Source: Trichinella spiralis (lineage: Eukaryota). From it: 64,000 nt of DNA. Shown here one piece after another: positions 27,380-38,320 of the stretch. Both the position numbers and the translations under genes were made by a program. The DNA is taken from positions 3,176,793-3,240,792 of the forward strand of contig NW_003526944.1 of the NCBI RefSeq assembly GCF_000181795.1, in the 5' to 3' direction. The stretch's first letter is position 1, and each line of letters starts with the position of its first letter. The notes under the pieces were generated by a model that saw nothing but the letters and a program-made list of their open reading frames with translations, ran no database searches and was not told the DNA's origin.

Positions 27380-29329
27380 AGCATTGCTGGTTGAAAAATT
27401 TAATTTTGAAAACATTTTTCTTTGAATATATAAAAATGAATGTTTGAATGATTGGTACAAACGTGCAATTGTTGCGCAATTGCGCACCAAACTGCCAAAA
27501 ATCATTTCACATAGTTACATAGTTGATTAATAAAACATTCTTCTCATGTTCCAAGAAGAAAAATGTACACAAATTGAAAATGCCACACCACAACCTATTA
27601 AAATTCACATATACTGTACAATTATGCCAAGATTCATGAGAAAAAAAATTAATGGATAAAAAATGCAAAATTCATAATTTCTATCTCACTCCGACAGACG
27701 ACGAGAAAACAGTTATTACACAGTTTATTACAATTTACAATATTATACAATAGTGAAAAATAAATTTCATTTAAAAAAATGAAACTATACCAATTGCCTT
27801 AACAACTGCAGCTCAAACTGACTAAAAGATGAAATTCGAAATAATGATGAAGAAACAACTGTTTTTTCTCAAATTCGTCACACGTACAGTACATCGCAGA
27901 AAAGAAATGTTCAAGATCGAAGAGGAAAATGGAAAAATAAAAATTCAAATCTTACCCTGTGAATTTCTGCAATTTGGAAATAATTTGAGCAAAAAAGCAA
28001 CCGACTGGCGACCAACAACGGGCGTGTTCTCAAGCGAGGCGGATTCGATCAATTTTGTGATTGAAAATTTCGCTTCTCCACGCCTGGTCGTCATTTTCTT
28101 TCTGAAACTCCAACTTGTACAGTATGAGACAGTTGGAGAGAAGGCGTCAATTTCAACGCAGTGCCAGAGAAATGAACACTTTCCACTAGCCGGGCAGCTT
28201 ATTAGCAATGTCTGGAAAATAATGCAAATGAACACTTTCTCACCGTACATAAAACATATATTCAGTAGTAATATAATAATAATAATGATAAGTTGATCAT
28301 CATCATCATCATCATCATCATCATAAATAATATCATGGCAAATCATTTTAATGGCAAGCCAAAAGCAGGTCGAATTGATCAATATGAATAAATCAATAAA
28401 ATCCAAACGCGTGCAACAATCAGGCAAGGAGAGAGATAGAACAGTTTGGCAAAGATTTTCTCGTAAACACTGTTTGAACAGAGCGAACATATATTCATTC
28501 ACAGCCTGCGTTTACATTTCAAGTTTACACTGTACTACTAATTGTCGGATGATCTGCAAAATGTTGAATCATCATCACCAATTCTGGAAACAGATCAAAT
28601 AGATGCTTCTTGCTTTCTTTTATTAATTTTACCATAATAGATGTGAGAAAACATGAACTTCATCATTTCATCGCAGTATTTGTTTGGATTTTTCAAATTT
28701 CAATCTTTGAAAGCTTCGCTCGCTCGACAAGCAAACAAACAACTGACGACTATTAATGAACTGATCAAAGTAAAGCAACAAGAAAAACAATAAAAACAAC
28801 AATTTTGCTAAATAATTCAGTACAAAAAACAACAACTGTTGAATATTCTTATTGTTGTTTGTGAACAGTTGACAAAATAAATGCTCAACAAGACAAAGCA
28901 TTGATATTCACAGATTTTGCTTACCTGAAATTGAAGTTTCCAATAAAACAATGAACAAGACACCAAATGAAGACGCAAACACTGCAAACCGCGATCGTGT
29001 ACTAATGGAAAATTCGCACAGGAAAGTAACCAATACAGAATTCAGGTTCAAATGATAGTTGACAAATAAATAATTGACATACTGTATTTTTGAAAATTTC
29101 ACTTGCGACACACAACATTTGGTACAGTTGATTATTTGAAATGTTGAAAAAACAATACACAATTTTATTAAAAAAATTTTCCTCTCGATTTAACTTTTTC
29201 TGGTCAATGAACATTTCAAACAAACATTTTTTTAAACATTTTGGAAAAAAATCTTACATTCAAAAAGCAAAAACGAAAAAACTTTACATGGTGATGAAGC
29301 ATTTTCTAATTGTTCTTTTGATTGTTAAT

Positions 29330-32300
29330 TCAATGAAGATGGTCCAAGCGGTGCAATTGAATGGAACGAATGTGTTTCGTACCGTCAAGATTCAAATGCA
29401 AATCGAACGTCGAATAGGCAGTATTGGCGGCGATACGCATCGCTGCACCTCGACTGGCCGGACAAAAGCTACCGGGCATCATCAGTTCAGGGCTGAAAAA
29501 GTGGGCAAACAGACGCCTTATTGTACCACCATGACTGACCACCAAAATTGTGGGGCGGAAATTCGGCTCCTCCTTTACCCTCTACCATACCAAAGCAATA
29601 TTACAATAATTTGCATCTACAGTAATACGTTTAATAAAAAAAGTTGTGTTACTTTGTCATAATTGACCAATGTCACTTCGCACATCGATTCGAACCATTC
29701 TCGAACACGGGCATCGAACAGTGGCAAAGGTTCAACTCCTTCGCCGTCAAAGTGTTCCGGCTTGACGTTGCGAGCACGGCTAGCTTCCATCAGCTTGGCG
29801 AACGGTTGTCCATCAAACCTGCCGTAATTCTAGAAAAACAACAAATTTTCTGAAAGACAAGAAAAATCATCCACAATATTTTATTTCTTTTATTCAATCA
29901 CCAGAAATTTAATAAAAAAAAATCTTTTTCTCAACATTTGCCAAAAAAACTGCTGTTTCTTTTTCACAAAAAAGCACTGAGCAGCACACTAGCAAGAGAA
30001 GACTTTCAGATTTCGGACCGCCGTGGCAATGATTCAAAAACATCTACTACATATATACATATATACGTACATACATACGTGGACATTATTATCATTTCGC
30101 ATCTCACCATTGGACAGATTAAGATTGTTCTTAGAATGCAATCATGATAATCACCGACGACTGTTTGTTGAAAACAAACGAGGCAAGATGAGAAAAAGAA
30201 GAAAACAGAAAAAAAGAAAAAAAATAAGAACAAAAGGAGGTAACATGAAGAACACGGATAACTTTAAAAAGCATATCATCTGCATATGTATATATATATA
30301 TATATATTATCGACGAGAAAAGTTGAAATGAGATGAGTTTTTTTTTCTTGAAAAACATGGAATACACACACAATTCATCTTTCTGGCAGTCGATAATGCG
30401 GCATTGAAAATGAACAAATGATTGATAATTTTCTTGTTCTTCCCCATTTTTTGCCAGATTAATGATAGCGACGCTGCTTGATCAGTCGCCCACGACTGCT
30501 GGTCATGGTGGCACCGTCTTCGGTGGAATCAGCCGGGTCTGAATCACTGTCCTCGCTGCATCCATAAGTAACATATTCAGATGCGGCCGGACGTTTTCTC
30601 CGTAAACGATTCTGCCAGTCGTTGCTGCCACTGTCCGCCGCCGCCGGCTGTTGTTGTTGTTGTTGTTTGGACCTGGACGACGACGACATCGTCGGCAAAG
30701 CTTTACTACAGCAGGGCTGTTCTTGTTCGCGTCTCAACATCATCATCTCTTCATCGTTATCATCACCAGCACCGGCATCCTCATCTTCATCGTCATCATC
30801 ATCATCATCATTGCCCGTGTCGCCTCTTCCGCTGTCATTGTTCTGGTCAATATCGAGCAGCGGTTCAGCAGTACGGTCAGTTGCGAGTGTTCGAGAAATA
30901 TTCGAGTTTCCAATTTGACCCTGTGAGCTTCTCGTGTTGTACGGTCGACTGGAGACAGCCGCTCGGCTGGCGGCAGCAGTTCTGGATTCCTGTCTCCGGC
31001 TATTTCTGCCGTTATGTTGCTGCTGCTGTTGCTGTCGCTGTTGCTGTTGCCAGGACTGCAACACCGGCTCAAAGTCCCGCTTGAATTTGGCGTACAACGA
31101 GTCGACGAACGAGATCGACTGTCTGGTCGAACTTCTGGTCGAAAACGACCCCATCGCAGCGTCCATCTCCCGTTCCAACGCTCCAGGACTGGCGAAATGG
31201 CCCAGGGTGAGTCGGCGCTGGATGCCGAGCAAAGACAACGTCAAACGACGGCCCAGTTTCACCGACTGGGATTCGTCGTTGGCTCGGAAAATATTCTGCA
31301 ACAAAGTCTGGCATCGTTCGATCCAATTCGAACCAGTCTGCTGTTGGGACAATCCACTGGGACCCGGCTGGTCGTTGATGAAAAAACCGTTATTCAACGT
31401 CGACGTCGAATCGGCGGCCGCCCCATCAGCCGTCTGGTCCATGAATTCTTGGTAGAGTTGGTCAATTTCGAAACAGTTCGGCCGGGAAATGTAAGCCAAC
31501 AGTACGTTGGTCAACAGTCTGGCCTGGTGGACGATGGTGCTGTTCGGCTCGTTGAACGTGCAGGCGTTCTGGTTGATCCGTTCGACGTCGAATTTCACGG
31601 CCGCCACGCGACGGTAGAACCGATTGGCCAGACGGGCTTTGATCGTCGCCAAATCGCACGGATATTCGATGCACATGCAATACCAAGGATAGACGCCCAA
31701 GTCGACCGGCTCCAGAAACGGTTCGGCAAACGGCTGGCTGCTGATCGTCTCCAAGCCGACCAACAGACGCTGGCATTCGGCATCGCGACCACGGCTCGGC
31801 CATTCGTTCGTTTTCGGAGTGTAGGGCCAAATCGACGCCGCTTCGGTCACATCGAACATTTCGCCGTCGCCGGTGCCGTTGTTGCCCACTTCGAGCGGCA
31901 CCAAATCCCACGGACTGAGGCGATCTTCGTCGTCGTTTTCCCACCGAACCACGATCGACTGGAAATGGGACGTCGACTGGGGCTGGGTCGCCTTGCCGAC
32001 AACGGTGCCGAACCACCAGCGGTCGTCGATCAACGCTTTGAACGAGTCGCCATTGCGCCACCGACGTCTGATCGAACTGTCGTAAAGCTGCCTGAGCACG
32101 ATGAAGTCGATCACGCTCGGGATGTCGTGGAAGCAGACGTAAAAAGTGAACGACGACTGCTCTGCCGACGAACGCGGGTTGATCCGAGTCAACTGCAACC
32201 GACAACTGCGCACTTGGTGCAAGTGGAACGTCACCTCTTTGACCACCGCGAACTCGGTCTCTTCCAAACGCAAACCGCTGTTCCAAGGCAAATCTTTCTC

Positions 32301-35300
32301 TTTCAACTTGTACAAATTCGCCCGCTTCACTTCGTCCACGTACATCCGGTGACCCTGGTGGAAGTAGACCACTTCGTCGCCTTGTTGAGGAAAATACGGA
32401 GATGGTCGGCAAGTGGTCGACGTGATCCAATCGGAAAAGTGGAACTTGGTCAGCAGATCCTCGTAGCGTGCCACGCCGCTCGGCCGCGACGACGCTTCGG
32501 TCGAAGCGACACCGTCGGCAGCCGGTCGTCGACCGCGTCGTCTCGAATCCCTCTGACTGTTGTTGTTGTTGTGTCTGGTCACCCGTTCCTCGTCCGAATG
32601 GTCACTTTCACTGCGCACATTCACCATCGACATATCCGAATACCAGTCGTCATCTTCATCCTCGTCGTCGTCGTCGTCGTCGTCCAAATCCACGTCCTCT
32701 TCGTCATCCTCCTCGTCTTCATCGTTATCCGAACTACCTTGGTAATAATCTTCGTCGTTATCGTCGTCAAAGTAGATAAATTCACCAGCGCTGGAACGAG
32801 CCGTCGAATCGTCCAGCGAGCCGTTGGTCAGCGACGGCCGGCCGAGGTTGGCTTGGGTTCGTCGGCCGCGCCGCCTGCGCGCGCTGCTCCTCGTCCTCAG
32901 CGACCGGGTATTGGCGGCGTCGCCGGCGACAGCGCCACCACTGCCGCCCGAAGAGCCGACGCCCGCGGCCGAGGTTCCGGCACCTGAGCCGCCGTTGCCC
33001 CCTTCGGTGTAGTCGGGATCGTAGTCGTCGTCGTCGGTAGACTCGTCGGCCAGCAGGTCGATGTCGTCGACGCGGAAGCGTCTCGAATCGCGCTCCGATG
33101 TCGCCGTCTCGACTACCCGCGGGGCAGAGTCGGCGGTCACCGACGGCGATTCGGCGCGCGGCGTCGGCAAATGGCGGCTGCTTTCTTTCAAAAACAGCTC
33201 CTCCTCCTGGCGGGCAGTTTCCACAATGCGCCCGTGCAGTGTGGTCAGTTGGTCGGCGTCGAGCGCCGGCACCAGATGCCGGCTGGTCCAACAGCAGAAC
33301 AGTTGTCGGTTAGCGTCGGCTTGGAGGTGGAAGCCGAAACGACTGGGTCCGGCCGAAGCGACCGCCTCTTCGCTCACGAGTGGCAATTCGGGCACCAAAT
33401 ATTGTTCCGAACAATGCTCTTTGCCGGGCACGAACCGCTGCTCGGCCGGCGGATAAGGCTCGCCTTCGGCGTTGACCAGAAACGGCGGTGGCATCAAGTG
33501 GGGCGGCAGTTGGGTCTGCTCGTCGACCACGTATTCAGCTTCGTCGGCCAACAACGGTCGGTAGTCGGTGTGGAAGAACTGTTCGCCGGGCACTGGGGGG
33601 TATTCGTGGTGAAGACCGAAGAACAACGTCGAACCCAACGAGTCGACGGCGGCGAAGTGGAAGCCGTCCGGCGAAAAGCAGCCCTCGTACACTGAACATT
33701 CGACCTCGTGGTTGGAGACCGTTCGCTTGTTCAAATAGCTGTTCACGCGAACCCCCTCGGCCATATTCCAGAAGATCACCTGGCCGTCGTCGCCGGCCGT
33801 GACCATCAAGTCCGGGTCCGACGGGTGAGCGATCAAATTCTGCACGTCGTTGGTGTGGTCGTCGAACGAGCGAACCAACTGACCGCTGGTCGAATCCCAG
33901 ACGCGGATTCGATTGTCGCTGGACGAAGTGACCAGCAGTGTGTCGTCGGCGTTCCAAGTGCACAGCAGCATGCTCAAGCGACGCGTGGTTTCGCCGGCTC
34001 CGCGGTTGAGACTCGGGTCGAGCACCATCGGATTCCACGACGTGTACTGATATTTCCATATTTTCGCCAGACCATCTTTGCTGCAAGTGGCGAAGCGCAG
34101 GCCAGTGTGCGCCCATTGGATGCAGTCGATGCGGTCGTTGTGACCGGCAATGTCGAACGTCATTTCCGGCTCGCCGTCCGAAGGGACTTTGAATACAGTG
34201 ATCGAATGGTCGGAACCGCAGGTACCGACGAACCGACCGCCGCCGCTCACCGACAGACCAATGACGCGGCCGCCGACTTTGGAACGCACGTTGAAGCGCA
34301 CCGGCGAAGCTTCGAAAGCGTCGTGCATGTAATGCCAGAAGAAGACGTTGCCGTCGTTGCCGGTCGACACCAGAACTTGACGGTCGGTTGTCGTCGACGG
34401 CAAAAATTGCAAGTTGGTGATCATGCCGGTGTGGCCGGTCATGGCGGCCACCGGCTGCGCGTTTTTCAAGCTCCAGACGCGGATAAATTTGTCCATGCTG
34501 GCGGCGGCGATCAACGTGTTCTCGTAATTGACGTGCATGTCGGTGATTTGGCCGCAGAAGCCGCGGAACGTGTACAACAGTCGGGCCGATCTGGGCGACC
34601 AGACTTTGATCAAATGGTCATCGCCACCGGTGAACAAGCGTCGACCGGTACGGTCGAACGTGACGCAGCATACCGACGCCAAGTGACCAATCACGGCCGC
34701 TTGGAGGTGGAATTTCGGAAACAGCATCCGGAACGACAACTGCTGCATCAGATTCGCGCTCGACACTTGAGAAGCGAAAAACATGTCGGCCAAATTGAAA
34801 CAGTTCTTCAAATTGCTGGCGACCGGCATCAGCATACAACTGCGCAGACCGGCCACGTCCCGGCGGCGCCATTTTCTCTGCAATGTTGACGACGAATCTG
34901 CTCGCAGCATTGAAAACGGACCAGTGTCCAGCAGTGAAAGCGGCCCAGTCAGACCGGCCGGTGCGAAGCGTTGCGTTTGAGCGATGAAATTTTCCAACAA
35001 CACTGGCAAGTGGTCGTCGCGAATTCGACTGGCGTAAATGGAATGGAACTGAGCCAAAGTTTGGCGCCGTTCGACACCCTGGTAATCGAAACGCAACGGG
35101 ATGTAGCCGGCGGTTTCCAAACTCCGGCCCAAAGCATCGGCCGCATCACCAAGACCCTCTTTCATTGACAAGAAACGATAAATCAAATACAACAAGTGCT
35201 CTTCAAAGCACACTTCCCTGTTATTATTCATTGCCTCCTCTTCTTCTTTATATATATATTGCCAGTTTTTAATTTTTTTTATTCAATATTCTTTAATATC

Positions 35301-36606
35301 TCTTCACTCAACTACTTACTCGTTCACGGAGTCGTGGGTCTGAGACAATTTGCAAATCTTTGGCAAATTTTTGACAAGATATTATCAATTCTGCCGTTTC
35401 AACAGCTCGCAGCAGATCACTGCTATACACCAAAGACAGTGTAGTTCCAACAGCAGTGAAATGACGACCCAAGGAAACTGCTTGCTCGCGTCCTTCTTCG
35501 TTAAGACTGCAATTCAGATGACCTTAAAAAAATTTTCACAAACACATACAAATTACATTTAAAAAATAATTTCAAATTTTCATTTTTATATAGTTGAAAA
35601 AAAACAAAACAAAAACACTTTGGCAAAAAATATTACAACGCGCACTGTTAACATTATTGTTCACTACAAGTAGGCAAACAGAAATAGCTGGCAGTGCTTG
35701 TTCAGCCGTCGGCAGAAGGCAGTTCAGGCGAACGAGCGCACGCTCGCGCGCGACGAAATTGATTGGCCGGCGTGCTCGTTTGAAATTTTGCTCAAATTTT
35801 CAAAAAGAAAAACACCAGAATAATAACAATAATCACAAATTCAAACTTCTATTCATTTATGAATAAAATACTGTCTCAATTATGCAAAAATACAATTTGA
35901 AATGACAAACAACAACATTCCGTCGACAATGGTCGACGAGGAAAAAGTGTGGAAGTTGCTCAACCGACAGCAAGTTACTTGATTATTTCTAAGGAAATCA
36001 AAAATTGAAATTTTTTTCACCAAACAAGTCGACGATTTTAAAGATTGAATGACGAATCAAAATTTCACATCAACGAAATATTGTGAAATTTGACAAATTT
36101 TTGAAAAGTTGGATTTTTTTAATAAAAAAAATTAATAACCAATTTCCAGAATTTATTTGAACGAAATTACCACCAACATGCTAATGTTTTTTAATTTGTA
36201 AATTAAACGCGATAGACCAGTCATACAATTTCACAAAATGTGAAAAACAATTATACTCTACAAATAAAAATTTCAAAAAAAAATATTATACAACTCAAAT
36301 TATTAATAACCAGACCAAAAGAACGGCAACTTTTACGTCAGACAAAGGAGCTCAAAAGCAAAAAATGCTTCCTTAAATCGAAACGCTCAGAAAATCAACT
36401 ATTGCTCTATGAAAAATTTCACCTACTGCTATTTATCTGAAACGAAATGAAACCAAACTATGCACACTTATAAATTATAATTACCTTGAACAACGTGATG
36501 CACATTCAAATCAGTTAGTCCGCTAGAATTACAACTGTTAGGTGAGATAAAGCGGATATTCATTTCTACAAGCTTACTGTCTCACAACTATCACTCTTGC
36601 TTGCAT
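29330..36606 (-). CDS. TIGAR: TIGAR-like histidine phosphatase (PGAM/fructose-2,6-bisphosphatase superfamily), 5 exons, ~232 aa
   Basis: Exons 36606-36578, 36522-36485, 35522-35320, 29829-29653 and 29581-29330 are all GT-AG and phase-compatible (699 nt). Protein: MQARVIVVRHGLTDLNVHHVVQGHLNCSLNEEGREQA...VYSSDLLRAVETA...DPRLRER|NYGRFDG...ILVVSHGGTIRRLF...NTAYSTF...LDHLH*. Contains the RHG, SSDLxR, LRE and SHG catalytic motifs. Mostly missed by the ORF track. Superfamily is secure; the TIGAR subfamily call is from recalled similarity. Confidence 0.88.
29880..29894 (-). terminator. Tandem AATAAA poly(A) signals, probable 3' end of the nested BRWD gene
   Basis: tttatt at 29880-29885 and 29889-29894. 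These are the first canonical hexamers downstream of the BRWD stop and are followed by a U/GU-rich tract. Confidence 0.5.
30459..35231 (-). CDS. BRWD3: Bromodomain and WD-repeat protein (BRWD1/BRWD3/PHIP family), single exon, 1590 aa
   Basis: Uninterrupted GC-rich ORF. N-terminal LisH-like LYLIYRFL; WD40 repeats (GHLASVCCVTFDRTGRRLFTGGDDHLIKVW); family motif EQFFHTDYRPL...DEQTQLPPHLMPPPFLV; PYFPQQGDEVVYFHQGH and cryptic Tudor region RLSPWD; bromodomain EPFLEPVDLGVYPWY...YPCDLATIKARLANRFYRR...NACTFNEP. The paralog-level symbol is not resolved. Confidence 0.93.
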   Translation of the reverse strand: MNNNREVCFEEHLLYLIYRFLSMKEGLGDAADALGRSLETAGYIPLRFDYQGVERRQTLAQFHSIYASRIRDDHLPVLLENFIAQTQRFAPAGLTGPLSLLDTGPFSMLRADSSSTLQRKWRRRDVAGLRSCMLMPVASNLKNCFNLADMFFASQVSSANLMQQLSFRMLFPKFHLQAAVIGHLASVCCVTFDRTGRRLFTGGDDHLIKVWSPRSARLLYTFRGFCGQITDMHVNYENTLIAAASMDKFIRVWSLKNAQPVAAMTGHTGMITNLQFLPSTTTDRQVLVSTGNDGNVFFWHYMHDAFEASPVRFNVRSKVGGRVIGLSVSGGGRFVGTCGSDHSITVFKVPSDGEPEMTFDIAGHNDRIDCIQWAHTGLRFATCSKDGLAKIWKYQYTSWNPMVLDPSLNRGAGETTRRLSMLLCTWNADDTLLVTSSSDNRIRVWDSTSGQLVRSFDDHTNDVQNLIAHPSDPDLMVTAGDDGQVIFWNMAEGVRVNSYLNKRTVSNHEVECSVYEGCFSPDGFHFAAVDSLGSTLFFGLHHEYPPVPGEQFFHTDYRPLLADEAEYVVDEQTQLPPHLMPPPFLVNAEGEPYPPAEQRFVPGKEHCSEQYLVPELPLVSEEAVASAGPSRFGFHLQADANRQLFCCWTSRHLVPALDADQLTTLHGRIVETARQEEELFLKESSRHLPTPRAESPSVTADSAPRVVETATSERDSRRFRVDDIDLLADESTDDDDYDPDYTEGGNGGSGAGTSAAGVGSSGGSGGAVAGDAANTRSLRTRSSARRRRGRRTQANLGRPSLTNGSLDDSTARSSAGEFIYFDDDNDEDYYQGSSDNDEDEEDDEEDVDLDDDDDDDEDEDDDWYSDMSMVNVRSESDHSDEERVTRHNNNNSQRDSRRRGRRPAADGVASTEASSRPSGVARYEDLLTKFHFSDWITSTTCRPSPYFPQQGDEVVYFHQGHRMYVDEVKRANLYKLKEKDLPWNSGLRLEETEFAVVKEVTFHLHQVRSCRLQLTRINPRSSAEQSSFTFYVCFHDIPSVIDFIVLRQLYDSSIRRRWRNGDSFKALIDDRWWFGTVVGKATQPQSTSHFQSIVVRWENDDEDRLSPWDLVPLEVGNNGTGDGEMFDVTEAASIWPYTPKTNEWPSRGRDAECQRLLVGLETISSQPFAEPFLEPVDLGVYPWYCMCIEYPCDLATIKARLANRFYRRVAAVKFDVERINQNACTFNEPNSTIVHQARLLTNVLLAYISRPNCFEIDQLYQEFMDQTADGAAADSTSTLNNGFFINDQPGPSGLSQQQTGSNWIERCQTLLQNIFRANDESQSVKLGRRLTLSLLGIQRRLTLGHFASPGALEREMDAAMGSFSTRSSTRQSISFVDSLYAKFKRDFEPVLQSWQQQQRQQQQQQHNGRNSRRQESRTAAASRAAVSSRPYNTRSSQGQIGNSNISRTLATDRTAEPLLDIDQNNDSGRGDTGNDDDDDDDEDEDAGAGDDNDEEMMMLRREQEQPCCSKALPTMSSSSRSKQQQQQQPAAADSGSNDWQNRLRRKRPAASEYVTYGCSEDSDSDPADSTEDGATMTSSRGRLIKQRRYH
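35695..35790 (-). promoter_or_regulatory. GC/CpG-rich island with CCAAT box in TIGAR intron 2; candidate BRWD promoter
   Basis: aacgagcgcacgctcgcgcgcgacgaaattgattggccggcgtgctcgtt in an otherwise very AT-rich intron; CCAATC on minus at 35766-35761; palindrome tcgcgcgcga. Confidence 0.4.
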
Positions 36607-38320
36607 TACAATATTAATGCTGCACTTTGCATTATTGTAATAAAAACATTCTAGAAAGCACAATAAATAAACGACTTTAAACTGCAACTACCTGCTGTGA
36701 ACAAAATATGCTACAGTATGCCTTAATAAAAGAAGCGTAGGTATAATGGAACATAGGTCAATCAATAAAATTGAAAATTGTCACAAATTTTATTTTAAAT
36801 GATTAAAAAAACAAATAAATTAGTAATTATTAAAACTATTAACATTAAAATCAGCAAAAAATACTTTCCAAGAATTTACTAATCTACGCTGCACGCAGCG
36901 TACGTAAAATAATACAGACATTCTCTTTTCATTATTTTATTTTAGCTTATTTTTAAATTATGTATTACTTTACTCATAATTTTCATTATTTTCCACTTCC
37001 CTGTATTAAAAGTACAGTATAACTAAGGAAAAAAACAAAGTTGTATTTTGTAGAGCAGGCACCAATCAACAATATTTAAATGGTCCGCGACTATTTTAGA
37101 TTAAATTAATTTGAATTTTGCAATAATTTAATACAAAACAAATAAGAGTAATTGTAAATGAGAAATCGCACAATTGGTTTGAGGAATACTTAAAAAAGCG
37201 AAGCATTTCAAAAAAAGAACTGTAATGAATTTTACATTTGTATGCAAATTCGTAAATTGAAAAAACAGACACTTCTATGAAGAAAAGAAGTTTTTCAGCT
37301 TTTTAGGTCAACTTTTCGACATTTCAAATTTGGTGGAACATTAACTGATCAAAAAGATTTTTTGAAAATACTTTTCGAAAATAACACTCGCAAACTTTGC
37401 AGCTAATGAAATCTTCATCTTTTTAAAAATACAGTTTACAGATTCTTCACTTACTTTCCCATAAACAAAAAAAAATTTTCAGTACACTCATTTATTTGAA
37501 AAGTATGCGTAAGAAAATTAAATACAAAATACAAATAATACAAAAATACAACTATAAATTTGGTAAATTCTCATTGAATTCGCACATATGAAAATATTCA
37601 GCGTCGCAGCTGATATTTTAACACTTTAGTGATCTTCACATTTTATATGTTTTCATTATTATAATATGCTTTTAATTTATTTATGTATTTATTTGTAATA
37701 TTATGGCCTAAAAACCTTGCAGCAACAGAAACAATCACTCAGGCTGCCGGTATGCCAATTGCGTATGTGAAATTCCAATGATTTTGACATAAGACTGAAA
37801 CGGCCCTCGTTTCTATAACAGTTGAACTAATTTATAATATGTTAAGTATTCCTTTTAAAAAACATTTTTATTACTAAAGCGTTATTACTTATCAAATCAC
37901 TTAATCAGTTTCAATGTTATACCATTAGTTATCACATGCTAGTTCATATTATCCTAAAAACAACATGAATAATATTTTAAATCATGGCAGAGTCAAAGTT
38001 TATTTTAAATTTATATCTTCGTTTTAAAGCACATTTTCAATATTCTATAACAGCTGAAAAAGCAAATAATCAATACCGGGCATTACCATTTGAATACTAA
38101 ATTGTTATACATGTGTTCCTTTTAATCCTTGGTGGTTTGTTTCTTGAAAAACTGTTCACTCCTAACATTAGATCATTAGAGATTATGAAAGAAATTGTCT
38201 TGCAACATTTTGGTACTGATGTTACAGTATGATGTTAAGACCTATTTTCCGGATTATTATACTGTAATAACATACGTTTTACAATCAGAGGTCGACGATT
38301 TTTGAATAATTCATTTTGCT

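Noticed and set aside
31014..34889. Long plus-strand ORFs (657 aa at 31014-32987, 393 aa at 33708-34889) antisense to BRWD
   Set aside because: Expected shadow ORFs from G/C-ending codon bias of the real minus-strand gene; no recognisable domains.
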